From NCBI GenBank assembly GCA_963920595.1, contig OY986947.1, positions 3,968,001 to 4,032,000 of the forward strand: DNA of 64,000 nucleotides. Direction: 5' to 3'. Position 1 is the first letter of the stretch, and the number at the start of each line of letters is the position of its first letter. Of the stretch, positions 26,003 to 38,113 are shown piece by piece. The translations under genes and the position numbers were made by a program. Under the pieces are notes generated by a model, which saw nothing but the letters and a program-made list of their open reading frames with translations, did no database searches and had not been told where the DNA came from. Source of the DNA: Eimeria praecox (taxonomy: Eukaryota).

Positions 26003-29000
26003 GTGAAATACGCGCATTTCGGCATGGTGGCCCTACGAGGACCGCAGAATCTGGGAATTTGTTCTAGTTAGCACTTAAGGAGCAGCAGAATTGGGCAAAA
26101 ATCAAGGGAGGGTAAGACGTAGTGAATAACAAGGCGCTTTCAGCCACTCGCTGGATTCCTCATGCACCGCGTTGAACTCACGCCTGGAGCAGTCTCAAGC
26201 TTTGCTCAAAGGTACAGGCGCCCCCCCATGCTGGAGAAGAAAACGAGGGGCAAGCAGAACTGCAATAAACGGCCAGGCTCAACCGTCCTATAGCGTCCTT
26301 GGAAAAAACCCAGTGTCGGCCGACAATAGGGGGGGGAGGAGGCGCATGCGCATTTACTTCAAGCCCTCAAGACTCACGGTGAAACGGAGATTTCCGATGA
26401 GCCGAATAGGCGAACTACTTGACCGTTTGCTGGGATCAGCTGAGGGGCGGATGGTAATGTGCAAGGATGGCGTGCTTGCGTTCAACCGGAATGCTTAGGA
26501 GCACTTAAAGCAGCTGCGGCGTGCTCTGAAGCTGCCACCCGAAAAGCAGCGTTTAAGCGTGGAAGGGTTCTTTTTTAATGCAAGAAACTAGTTTCTTAGG
26601 GATTCGTGCCTCTGCAGCAAGATTAGAGCCAAACACGACAAAGATAGAAACGATTCAAGTGTGGGCGCTACCCCTATACACTCGCCTGGATGTCCAAAAG
26701 CTCCTTCGTCTTGCAGCGTACTATCGCATACCTATTCGTGGATTTTTCTGCATCGCCGCCCCTCTCAAGGGTCCACTTAGGAAGAATAAACTGCTTACTT
26801 GGATGGTGAGAGAAGATGAAGCCGCCATACGCCTCATCGGGCGGCCGGCGTCGTCTGCAGAAGATTATCAACCGTAAGGCTTTTTGCAATTATAGTTGCT
26901 GGCACCCCATGGCAATAATCTCGCAGCCAATCGGCTAGCAAAACGTTCGGCGCCTCCGTCGGCAGCCACCGTCTGCGACGGCCCCACCTAACGAGTTACC
27001 CGTGACCGCTCCAAGGTTGGCCGTCTTTGCAAGGGGCCTTTGACGTTTTCTGGCCATATCCACAGCTTCAAGCGTAAAACTCCGGTATGACCATTCCGGT
27101 CTTGACATCAGCAATCCTTAGGGACCAGTTTTCCCAAAGTTTTCCAACCCAGCCTTTCGCTAAATGCACCCGCAACGAACAGCACCCCTCAGGTTGCATC
27201 CACATACTCCGCTAAAAACGCTACTACAGCCACCTGCAGAAAGGAAGCGATGCTACCAATTGGAACGAGGACCCTAGGCCTCACGAGGGAACCAAGGCAA
27301 GGTGCAGGTTTGTTAACTCTCTCAGCATAGATGTCCTAAGACTTTTACACATATGGATAGAAGCTGCTCGGTATGCTGGCAAGAGGAGGCCGGCACGTTC
27401 TGAATTGTACTATCCTGTGCTCCGCTTCCTTGTGAGCAGGCAATACCACATGGAAGCGCTCTACAGCCTGTCATACGCTGCTCCATGTGCATTCTACACC
27501 TCACTACACTGCACGAAGAAAGGCATGCGCCCGGTATGCGTTGTTGGATAGCGGGACTGCAGATGAAGCATTGCGTTGGCCAGTCTAAAGGACAATGAGC
27601 TGATATTTTCTGACAGACGATAGCTTCTTGTGTGGTTCGTCTGCAGTGGATGAAAGGATAGCTTGGTGCTGCAGAATGGCGAGTCTGGAGACTACAGGGC
27701 ATACGCCTTGTTGAGTTGTCCTACGAGGCCCGAAATCAAGTATTTTTAATTGTCATAGAAGTGTCACTACAATTTAGGTACAGGACCTCGCTCTGTCGAG
27801 TGGGAAGGTCGCGTTAGGAGAAATGAGCTGGGCTGTTAGAATGGCTATCACAACTACAGCAGAGCGTGCCTGGAGGTACAAAGCACCGTATCTTGGACTA
27901 GTTGGGCAGCGATTGGCTGAAGTGTTATATTGGAAAGTCGTGAACTCAAGCGTAGCTGGACTGTTTGATGGCTGCCCTTTAACAAAGTGTGGATAGCTTG
28001 TAAATGAAGGGTTTGCCAGAGTAGGTTCCAATACTTGTAGGGAGCGCGATACCGCACAAGAAAACTTGCTTGCAGTTCAGATTAGGTGGGATGCGAAAGC
28101 TTTCTAGCTGGCTGTTGTGTTCTGCCTTTTTTCACAGCGATTCGTGCCCCTTTCTTGTCCCTTTGCTAAGGGAGATGCATTCATTTCCACAAGAGTTATG
28201 TCCTTGTGAGCTCGCTCTTTGTTTTTAACAGCTTGGAAACCAGGTAGTTCGAGCCAAGGAGCACCATCTTAAAGTTTCCGAGGAGTTTTCGAATAAAAAC
28301 TTTAGTTATTAGTTATATAACAACGAAGTGAAGGAATCATTGTTTTTGCTTTTAACAGCAGGTTCTTTGCACTTAGGTGTGGGCGTGTGGCGGCTAGACA
28401 GCAGATTGCGCACCCGATTAGCAACAGAAACTAATTGTTTCCGGCGCACCTAGATGGAGAATGAGTGGACTGCAGCTCTGTAAACTGAGGCCAAAATACT
28501 TGAACGACACCCTTCTGGCTATTTAGGGTTTCAACTCCCCCCGCAGCACTGAGTATCCTGGTGGCGCTTGCATTCTGCCATATCCGCAGTGCCGTCAGGC
28601 GGTGATATGAGATTCGCTGTCTAGTGGGCTTGAGGGCGCATAAGAATGCAAAGGAATGAGACAACAAGCTAGTTACGAGCGCCACAGGAGTGGTCTCTAC
28701 ACCCACAGGGCATTGTGAAACTGGCATCAACTGAAGGGCGCAGAGGATCCTTAATCTACACGAGGGACTGCGATTAAACACCCCCCTGCACTGTTTTGCA
28801 ACACACCATGTAATCCAGCATGGAACCAAAAGCATCGTCGCCGCGACCTCTACATACACGAAGCGATTCATAGCGAGCATTAAGTGATGTCCTGGGGAAC
28901 TTAATTGAAGTATAAGTGTCCTTTAAGGCACCATCGATACGTGCACAACGCTCAAGATTGACAAATAACGCAAGCAAGCACTTTAATGGACGAAGATCTA

Positions 29001-30987
29001 CGCCAACCGAACAAGTTGTTACGCGGGTAGAGAAGCTGAGCTCAAGAAAACTTCCACTAGTGCTACAGGACATTTCTAGGTCAGAAACTGACTATTTGGG
29101 CCGAAAAGTTGCTACGGAGGAGTTTTCACAGTGAAGCTGCGAGGAAATACTGGTTGCACTCTGGCGCAATCTTTGCTGCCTTCCAGTAGAGAGAGGATTA
29201 TACCCCATTACCGATAATGCTTTCGTGACCGACGCATCTAGATGCGCATGTCCTGATACGAAATTCTCTTATAGAAATGCTATTTGGACGCAGGGTTACG
29301 TTTCTCATAGACGGACAGTCACGGCACCTCACACCCAGGCAGTGCGAAGTGTAAATCCACGAGAATCCGAAAGACAAAGCAGATGCCCGTGCAAATGTTT
29401 TTTTACGTGAATTAGCACATAAAAACGACCTTTGAAGCAGCGCATTTTAAACAGCGACAGCTGCTGCAAACTTGCCGCTGGCCGCCCCAGCCGCAGCGAG
29501 CAGCGGTGCAGCAGCAACTGCAGCCTTGGCGTCTGAGACTCCAACGAAATTGGCAGAGTCCGGCATTCTACGCCTTTGGGTGAGAAGTCGTTTGGCTCTC
29601 TATAGAAGCAAAGGTAGGCTTCCTATGCGGGGCCTTCCGTGTCGTTTCCTAACAGCTACAGCTGTAGCGGCTGCTCCGTGGCCGTTTTACCATTCTGGAG
29701 CCTCGGGGCTTCTGTTCTGTTTATTTCGTGAGCTTCCCATTACCATCAAGATTGTACTTGTTGCGGTGAAGTGAGAGGTCGAATCAAAGGGGTTGCGGGG
29801 ACGTGTAGTCCTGCTGGCGGTTGCTGCCCGGTGGGCTGCGTCGCTTGGACGGCGGGGCGCCCTCTCCGTTTGCTGCCGAGGCAGCAGAAGCAACAGCAAT
29901 TTGGCCTACAATTTCCCGTCATCCAGGAGGAAGAACAGCAGTTTTACTCGGCCGGTGCGGCCTCCCCTCACTGTGGGAGCAACGCGCACTCCGATACGGC
30001 TAACGGGGGGTGTAGCTGAAGCATCAGCGAGGGCAAACATCAGATTGAGAAAGGGCTCATGTACACTGGTTGGTCAGGTTTGTGCTCTCTAGCTTTGTGG
30101 CCATCCGCTATATCACTTCCCTTACGGCTTAGTCGGGTTGCTTATTGGCCGGCGTCCATATTGAGCATCATTCGTTGAGTTCCTGCTGGTCAGTAGAGTG
30201 AAGGCGTTGGATTTCTTCCATTTCACAACTGAAGAACACGAAGGGCGGTGGGTATAGCAGCGCTAGCCCGTTGTGCCAGCATCCTAGCCCTAGCCAGTGG
30301 CTTGCTCTTACTTCTTCCGGCGGAAGATGGCCAGCGGCCGTGCACCTGGCCCCCAGGGAGAGCCCCGTGGCGCTGTTCTTTAGGAATCCGCTCCTTGAGT
30401 CAGTGGGGTGTGGGCGGTTAACAAAAGTTGAGAAGGAGACCGCGGAGCCTCTGTTGGCTCTGCGAAAAATGGTTGGCGAGACTGTGTAGCGCCAAATCCC
30501 AAGTGGAATTGGTTCACCTGGAGGTGCTTTCGCTTTACTCTTGACCGGATAAGGCAACAAGTAGAGAACGTTGCCTGCCCACTACGGACTTATCGAAGAG
30601 GGCACACGGAGAGTGCCTTTCTGCCGGTGCTTGGACTGTGTAGTGGTTGAACGCTGCATTAGTTCACCTTGTTTCATTCTCTTCTCCTTTGTGAGAAGCC
30701 TGTCTGTCTTCACATTCACATAGATAACTTCACTTCTGTTTCATTGTTTGCTGCCGCTGGTCACTTGGCCGTTGGGGGCTGAACTCCGCGCGTGTTCCTG
30801 TGTGCACCTCAGCAGCAACGTGGATCTTCCGGCTATACGAGCAACTAGCTTCTGGTGTTGCTGCATTCTCTTTTTTTCACTCGATTCTTTCCACTCCCTT
30901 TCTGGTTTTAGCTACCTTACCAACAGTCAGCACCGCTGGCGACTTCCAGTAGCAGCAGTTGCTCCAGCTCTTGGCTTTCAGTGCAAG

Positions 30988-33900
30988 ATGGCTCAGGAAA
31001 GCGAGTCACTGCATCCAGAGATGCAGGATAGCCTCAATCTGGGGGAAGGGCCAATAGAGGTGGATGTGGCTCCAGTTGGACAGCTCCCTGGCCTTGCTGC
31101 TGATGGGGGGGCCCTGAGTGGCGTCACCATCAATGAGGTTGACGAGGCAGAGATGGCGCGCATCACCGCAGCAATTGGTCAACCAGAAATCCTGGATGAT
31201 TTAGTGCCTCCAGCGACGCTGGGAACTGTTACGGTGCAGCAGGTGCCAGCGTCGAGGGCGGCTGCCGCAGCTGCGGCGGCGGCTCAACAGCAGGTTGCAG
31301 CGTTGCAGCAGCAGCAACTGCATCAGCAGCAGGCTGTCGCGGCTGCAGCCCAGCACTTGAGGCAGCAGCAGCAACAGCAGGGGAGCGCTGCTTTGGCGGC
31401 GGCTGCGGGGGCGGCCCCGCGTGCGGTGCCAGCGGGACAGAATGAACGATGGCGTTTGTACTTGCCCCACGTGGAAAGGTTGCTCGACGCGGAGGGAATT
31501 TTATTGTTGCGGCAGACCTGCCGCCTGCTCTGCAAGCACAAGTATCGACCTGCGGATGGGGTGTTGTCTTTCGGTATGTTTCGAGGGGTTGACGCGCGCG
31601 TCCTGATGGAGCAGGTCGTTCCGCTGGCATGTAAGGCTGTGCACCCAGAGGTACGGGCTGCCGGTCTTTCTCTGGATTTCAGCGGGTGCTCCCTTCTGAA
31701 AGATGCATCTGTAGCTCGGTTGATGGACGTGCTACACGGTCGAAAGGAAGACAACATTATCGGTGGAGTGCTGAAAAGCCTCTGCCTTGATTTTTGCTAT
31801 GAGGTGACCAATAAGGGGTTGGCGGCGCTGCTGACTACACACCTCCCTTATTTAGAACGGCTCTCGCTCAGGTGCGCAAGGAGCAATGAGCTGACTTTCA
31901 CAAACGTAGCTACAGACTTTTCAGCAGACAACTGGCCCAGTTTGCTGCACTTCGATGCGTCATTCACAAACATGAGGCTGGACGCGGCTACGGTCTTAGC
32001 CGACTGCCTCGTGGGGAATGCAACAGCAGTTAACAAACGGCATAGGAAAGACTACGAGAGGAAGCTTCAGGAGGAGAAGCAACTGCGCCGTCTGTTACAT
32101 CAGCAGGAGAAGGAACACATTCAGCATATGGAACAAGCGAAGTCTCTGAAGGAGCAGCATGCTGCAGTAGCGGAAAGGCTACAGCAGCAGCAGGCCCTTC
32201 TAGATGAGAAGGAAAGAGCGTTGGAAAACCAGCTGCAACTGGAACCGATTCAAGTTGACGGTGAAGCTCCGCGGGAACAGCCAGAGGATCCTGAGCAGTG
32301 CGCTGTTCGGGCGCAGAGAGAGCTCGTTTTGCGCTTGCAACAGCAGCTGGAGTCGCTTGCGGCGGCAGTGGCAGCAGGAGAGGGAGCAGCAGTTGCGTGT
32401 CAAACTGCTATTGAACACACAACAGCAGCTGCGGATGCAGCTGGCCTGGCTGCAGCTGAAAGCCTCGCAGCAGCGGAGGAGGAAGAAAAACACCCTGTTG
32501 TGGCATCGCTCGAAATAGTGGGCTCTCTTGCATCGAAATGCCTCCTTTCAAAGGTTGGCATGGAAACGCACTACCGCTCTTTCTGCCATGCAGTGAAGCT
32601 GGGTCTGCATGATCAGATCTCGTCGCTGACAAAGGTTGTGCAGAAGGAGGTGGGAAGCAACAGAACACACCAGTCATAGACAGTTGTAATCCGCTAGCCC
32701 AGCAGATGCACACCGTGAGGCAATAGCGTTGCACTTTTCACATGCCCGAGAGTCGTCGCGTGCAGGTGTGGTCTGCGCGCTTTACTATCTGTGTGCGGTT
32801 TGTGCTGCTTGTGCCCTTCTGCTTCCATGCTTTCTGCACAGTTCGCGGAGCTGTGTGCCTCGGCTCCATATCGGGGTAGCTCCCTGCTAACGCTTCAAGC
32901 TAAGCGTGGCAGCGAGCTGCTGGTCAATGCGCCGTTCGTTGTGGACACGTCAGAAGATGGTGGAGTCAATGTGCTCACACTTCCTGTCTCGATCGCTATA
33001 CAGACTCAGGACCAGGAAACGTTGAAAGTGGTACGCGGTGGGTGTGTAAATAGCCTGAGATGAAAGAATTGGTCTCCTGTGGTGCTTGGTTATGTTAGTG
33101 GTTAGATATGCGGGTGTCTGTATGCATTTTATGTCTTGGAATACACCACACAGTGAAGGCCGCTTCTGCTCTATTTTAACCTACTTTTTTTGTTCTGCCC
33201 ACTGCAGCTGATTAAACGGGGAGCACAGATCGACGTGTGCGACTATTTGGGGAAGTCACCGCTCTTACGGGCCTGTGAAGCTTCCCGACTGGACCTCGTA
33301 GAGGCTCTTCTTGACCTGGGCGTTTCGCCGAATCCCCATGATCTTCGCTGCGCCCACTTTCCTCTGCAAACAGCAATACGGCGCAATGACGCAGAGATAG
33401 TTAAGGTAAGCAGGACCTCCTATGTTGGAGCTTCTTTGCCACCACTCACCATGGCGCGAGTGGGCAGTGATTTTACACACGTTTCTACAAGAAGTCGCCA
33501 CTCGTCGGCGTACAATTTACGCATTTGGCTCGACGTGCTGTTGTGTTCTGTTTCCGTGGTTGGGTCGCTTGCAGCGTCTGCTTGCCCGAGGTGCGGCGCT
33601 GGATGTGAAGTGCCCAGGAGTGCGCACGTATAAGAGCGCTCTGTGTGTAGCGTGCGAAGTCAATTCGCCAGAGATTATTAGCATCATCTTGAAGGCTGGA
33701 GGGGACCCGAATTCCCGGGGTCACAATTCGTACACTCCTACATTGGTGAGCTCTCCTTCCCTGGCAAGCTGGAGCAAACCTCCACTTTTGTAGCAGGCAG
33801 TTTCTTCTCATACCTTTTGTATGAACATTTCTTCCTTGCGCACGGATCCGGGTGCCACTGTTGTTCCATTCTTAGATGGCGTATCAGTTGAACCCGAAGT

Positions 33901-35903
33901 GGCTGCCTCTCTTCTTAGAGGCTGGTGCAGGCGCTGAGAAGGGGAAGCGATGGGTGCTGACTGGTAAGCTAAAGATGGTAAATGAGCTACAATGTAAAGC
34001 TAAACACTGAACACGCGGACGTTTATGGCACAGATTGCAGATTCACATGCATATTGTGAGGTTTTCATCAGTTCGGTGCAGAGCTGTTATCAGTTTGGCG
34101 TTTGGTGTTTGGTGTTGTGATTGCAGATGTGCTGAGTTGTGCTGTGGCGAAAAGTGATGTTGACAGCATTGGATTGTTGATTGACAAGTACCCAGACCTC
34201 ATGAATCGCACACATCCACTGTGGTCCAAACCTCTGTTACAGGTAAGAGCTGACGGTCTGCATTTTCTGTGTGTTCTCTCTGGGATGTCGTCAGCTTGGC
34301 TGATGGACAACTGGAGCGCTGCTTGCGCTGTTTGGGATCCATCCGCCAGTTCTGGGCTTCTGTTGTGCTTGTTCGCAGGCAGCAAAACAAGGACGTGTTC
34401 AGGTGCTCGAGCTCTTGCTCGCCAGTGGATGCAACGTGGATGCTCGGGGCGAGGGGGGTCAGACGGCCTTATTGGCTGCCACAGAGGAAGGACTAGGGAG
34501 TTGTGTTGAGCGGTTGATTGACCACGGAGCGGATGTCAACAAGGCCAACTTTGAAGGTGACGCTTACCTAGGCTACTGCAGAAATGTGCTCATTTAGCAT
34601 TCCGCGCTAGCATTACTTGGCAACGTGAGACATCCAGTGCTAGTTTAGTATGAGCTGGGCCCTACTATTTACTGATCGTTTGCATCTCAGGGATGACACC
34701 ACTGATTGTAGCATGCATGGAAAACCACGAAGACATGGTCAATTACTTCTTAGATCACACGCAAGAGCCATATAGAGTGAAGGTGCACCCCAACAGTCTA
34801 CAGCAGCAACCGCATCTACAGGTAGTGGAGAACGCTCAGGGGGAGAAGGCATGCGAAGGAAAGTGGATCCTCGCGACGCAAACTCAAGTCCTTGATTGCA
34901 ACAAGGCAGAAAAAACTGAGGGGGAAACCCCTTTGCTTGTGTGCATTCGATTGAGGAACGACAAGATTGCCAAAACCATCCTGAAGAAAGCGAAGTCCAT
35001 CGATCTGGAAGCAAAGGTTAGCCTGCATCACATCCAGAAGGGACGCGAAAAGGTCCTGTATTTCAAAGGGAAGAGAGGTATCTGCTGAGGAGCTGGTTCG
35101 GAAGGCTAGCTATTGTGTGGGCCATAAGCTAATGCGAATGCGCGCGTGTTGGTGGCGCAGGATTCGCAGGGACGCACTGCATTACTTGCTGCTCTATTTT
35201 TTGGCCAATACTCTGTGGCTGCCACGCTGATGGAAATGGGAGCGGACGTAATGACCCAAGACGAAGCTGGGAACACTGCACTAGCCATTGCGAATGAGCG
35301 GTTAGTTTGGGTAGCGGCTCATTTCTGCAGAATGCAGTGATGACTAGTAAAGGAGTTTTGTTCCATTGTTCTTTTTTCAAGGTGTGAGCTCGCTCTCATG
35401 AGGCGGTCACACTCTCACTCTGACGTGATGGGTGCTTTTTGTGCTTTTTGCGCAGGCTGCTGACACCCGGCAGCGACAAACGCGTTTTGCGTCGGTTTCT
35501 GCGTCTGTACCGAAGCCGTGACACGTCGCGACGTCATGCATCTTCTAGTGGTATGCTACAGTCCATGCTGAGCGCGCTACGGGATGAAGGCGGGAGCAGC
35601 TCGCACGTGGAGTCTGACTCTGGGAGCGGAGGAGAAGGCGCTCGTTTTTTCCGGAAGAAGAGCGTGAGCCGCAGCAGTAGCAGAGGCAAGCAGAATGGGC
35701 TCGAGGGGGCAGACCCGAGAGTGTCAAGGAGTGATGGAGAGGTTCATGGTGCGTCGGCAACGGGCCATAGCCGGGGTGCCGCTGCGAGTCCGTCGAGCAG
35801 CAGCAGGAAACGCTCTGGAAAGAAACTAAAGATTGAGCCCAAGACAGTTCTGCAAGTTGCGAAGCTGCCAATGTCCCTCTTTCGAGCGGCCAAGGCGAAA
35901 TGA
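30988..35903 (+). CDS. LRR + coiled-coil + ankyrin-repeat protein (possible F-box-like motif)
   Basis: Exons: 30988-32649, 32842-33030, 33208-33405, 33575-33745, 33876-33963, 34127-34242, 34379-34556, 34691-35016, 35161-35300, 35456-35903. FBXL-type LRRs: LSLDFSGCSLLKDASV, LKSLCLDFCYEVTNKGL. Ankyrin motifs: GKSPLLRAC, GQTALLAA, GMTPLIVAC, GETPLLVC, GRTALLAA, GNTALAIA. Confidence 0.88.
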
Positions 35904-37163
35904 CCTGTCGCCGCTCACGCTAGAAAGGCTCTCATATTTGTGTTGCACGGGGAACAACCGTGCAGGTATTTTGAAGACAACCGGTCGTCCACGTTTTAAC
36001 GTGGGCCCCTTGTTGAATCGCGTTCATCCTGAAGAAGTGCGCACCGCAGCGCTCCACCGTAGAGAACGAGATGGCCATTATGTCGGGCGCTTCGTGCCGC
36101 AGTCCAAGGCGTGGGCGACTGCGGCTCGTGTTGTTTGAGAAGACGGCGCTGTGGCAGCACGTAGTTGTGGGACGCCTTTCAATAAGCTCGAGGACCATTA
36201 GCTGGATTCGTTGTAAGGAGGGATGTGCGACTGGTTGGAGAATGCCCTGCCACGTGTGTGGTGGTGTGCGATGAAGCCTTTGGTGCCTTTCGGCAGAGGA
36301 ATGCTAAATTCTTGTAGGGCAAACCCCATGCCGTCCACGTAATCATCAAGCCCTCGTCCTGCACGCTCCACAGTGGTGCGGCGCCTGGCCTATGCCACAG
36401 GGACTGCTGGACCCTCTTGCAGTGGCGAGCGACGCGATGGCACTATTAGCACGGTGAACGATGAATTCAGATGACAAGTCATCATTTCATAGCGGTGCAG
36501 GCTAAATGTGTTTCATTCGAAGTGTAGAGTTTGTTATCATGCTCGGTTAATTTGTGTGCCCTTGACAGCTGGTTGGTTCGAAAGCAACGCCATGAACTTT
36601 GGAAGCACAGAGAACTGCCGAGCTGAGGCCTTTCCTGACCACGACACTTGTATTTTCGTCATCTAGTGGGCAGATCGAACGGTGCAACTATTATAGCATT
36701 GATGGCATGGCAGCTGCATAGCGCCGCGCTGCTTAAGTTGGTAGGGTAGAAGTAGCTATTCTAAAGGAATGACTGCCAGCCGGCTGGTGGCTCCAGGCCG
36801 AAAGGAGGACGTTTTCGTTTGTTTCACATGAAAGGAGAATGACGGGCAACGATGAGGGGAGCGCCAGAAAACTCGAATAGTTCGAATTCGTAAAAGTAGT
36901 TTAGGTTTTTGCCTCTAGCACCTCTGATAAGGACAAGCGCACGGCACGATTGTTTTAACTACTTCGATGACCACGACCAGCTTCTAGGAAGGAAGCATAC
37001 CCACTGAATGCTGCGATAAAGGGAGCAAGCATGGAGCCACTTTGGCCAAATAATGTACCAGGCACGCCGTCATCCGGTGTAGGGACTCTCTACACACTAA
37101 GTGCGATGATGGGCCATCCGTAGCTTCACAAATGGATAGTACACCCTGCATGCAGTTGTCGTG

Positions 37164-38113
37164 TCACCTCTCCGACAGCAACCTGCAAAGAAATAGGTAG
37201 GATTCACCGCTTATTTAAGCGGCCGTGTGTGAAACGCCTGCTTGTGGCAGCTTTCCACTCATCTGAAGGTAGGGATGCTCGTCGTAGCAGCGGCAACTGA
37301 CCTCTCGCAAAATGCCTGGTAATCAATTTCGTCAGCTGACGGCTCCAGCACTGCATCTATTTCGTCTTTCGTTAGGACCTCCCCACAATTCTGTAGGATG
37401 TTTCTTGCAACTCGCGACGGCACTTTCCCAGTGCAGGAAGGATCATAGCACCCAAACAACTCTGCCAGGAGCTTTGGGCAGTCGTTGATGTGCGCCACCT
37501 GAACGCAGCTTCGATTGTCTTGGCCAGTTAATTAGGAACATATGGAATCGGGCGTCAAAGCCATATGGTAGGTTAGATTCACTGCTTATGAGGCGTGGCA
37601 CGTGTATTGCGTTACTTCTTTGCAAAATGTTGCAAATGTGGGCATGTCACAGTACTCTCCTGCTACTGCCTTCAGTTCCTCAATTTCCCCTAGGGAAGGA
37701 GCCAGTCCCTGATCAAACATTGCAGGTAAGCCATAATTAAAGGGGAAAAATTAAAGGCGTTGGCACCCCAGGGCCTATCAACTTGCACACCAATACCTTT
37801 GAGGGAACTGTCCAGAGACGGCTGAAACACTGGTTACTGGATACTATGGAAAAGACACTGTCAAGCCCAAAGAATATAAAAAGACAACTATCACTCTTCT
37901 CAAAATTGAAAACCCACCAACCGTCTAGCCAAGTCCCCTGCCTTCGTCGTCAGAATTATGCCGCCACCTCCCTGAGGGCAATGACAGCATGCTAATCCGT
38001 CCCTTTATGCTCAAGGTCAGCTTCACAGCTAAGGGTGCACAGAGACTTGTTTTGCCGCGGGATCGACCTACTGAGGCATCCTTGAACGCTGCAATGAGTT
38101 GTTCGCTGCTCAT
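37164..38113 (-). CDS. Small myosin light chain of the MTIP/MLC1 family (about 135 aa, EF-hand-like; possibly MLC5-type)
   Basis: Exons (minus strand): 38113-38072, 37971-37918, 37708-37616, 37498-37302, 37182-37164. They give MSSEQLIAAFKDASGGGGIILTTKAGDLARRLGLAPS...AHINDCPKLLAELFGCYDPSCTGKV...NILQNCGEVLT...IDYQAFCERLLSER. ARxLGLAPS and IDYxxFC are MTIP/MLC1 hallmarks. Confidence 0.85.

Larger units (their letters stand above)
24860..26880 (+). mobile_element. Decayed Ty3/gypsy-type LTR retrotransposon remnant (gag-like region followed by reverse transcriptase)
   Basis: RT blocks: RRMRIYFKPSRLTVKRRFPMSRIGELLDRL (cf. RMCIDYRxLNxxTxKDxFPLPRIDELLDRL), and QETSFLG...KIETIQVW..P...DVQKLLRLAAYYRIPIRGFFCIAAPL...LRKN..LTW. 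The YxDD position reads CKDG. There is an in-frame stop at 26496-26498, plus frameshifts. An upstream degenerate zinc knuckle FFFCNKHDRIITDC keeps CX2CX4HX4C spacing (about 25502-25545). The 5' boundary is uncertain. Confidence 0.85.

Noticed and set aside
30748..30987. N-terminal extension of the 643-aa ORF
   Set aside because: Begins at a non-ATG codon. The first ATG in frame is 30988 (aagATGG).
36570..36895. gttcga motifs suggesting tRNA T-loops
   Set aside because: No cloverleaf stems or A-box found around them.
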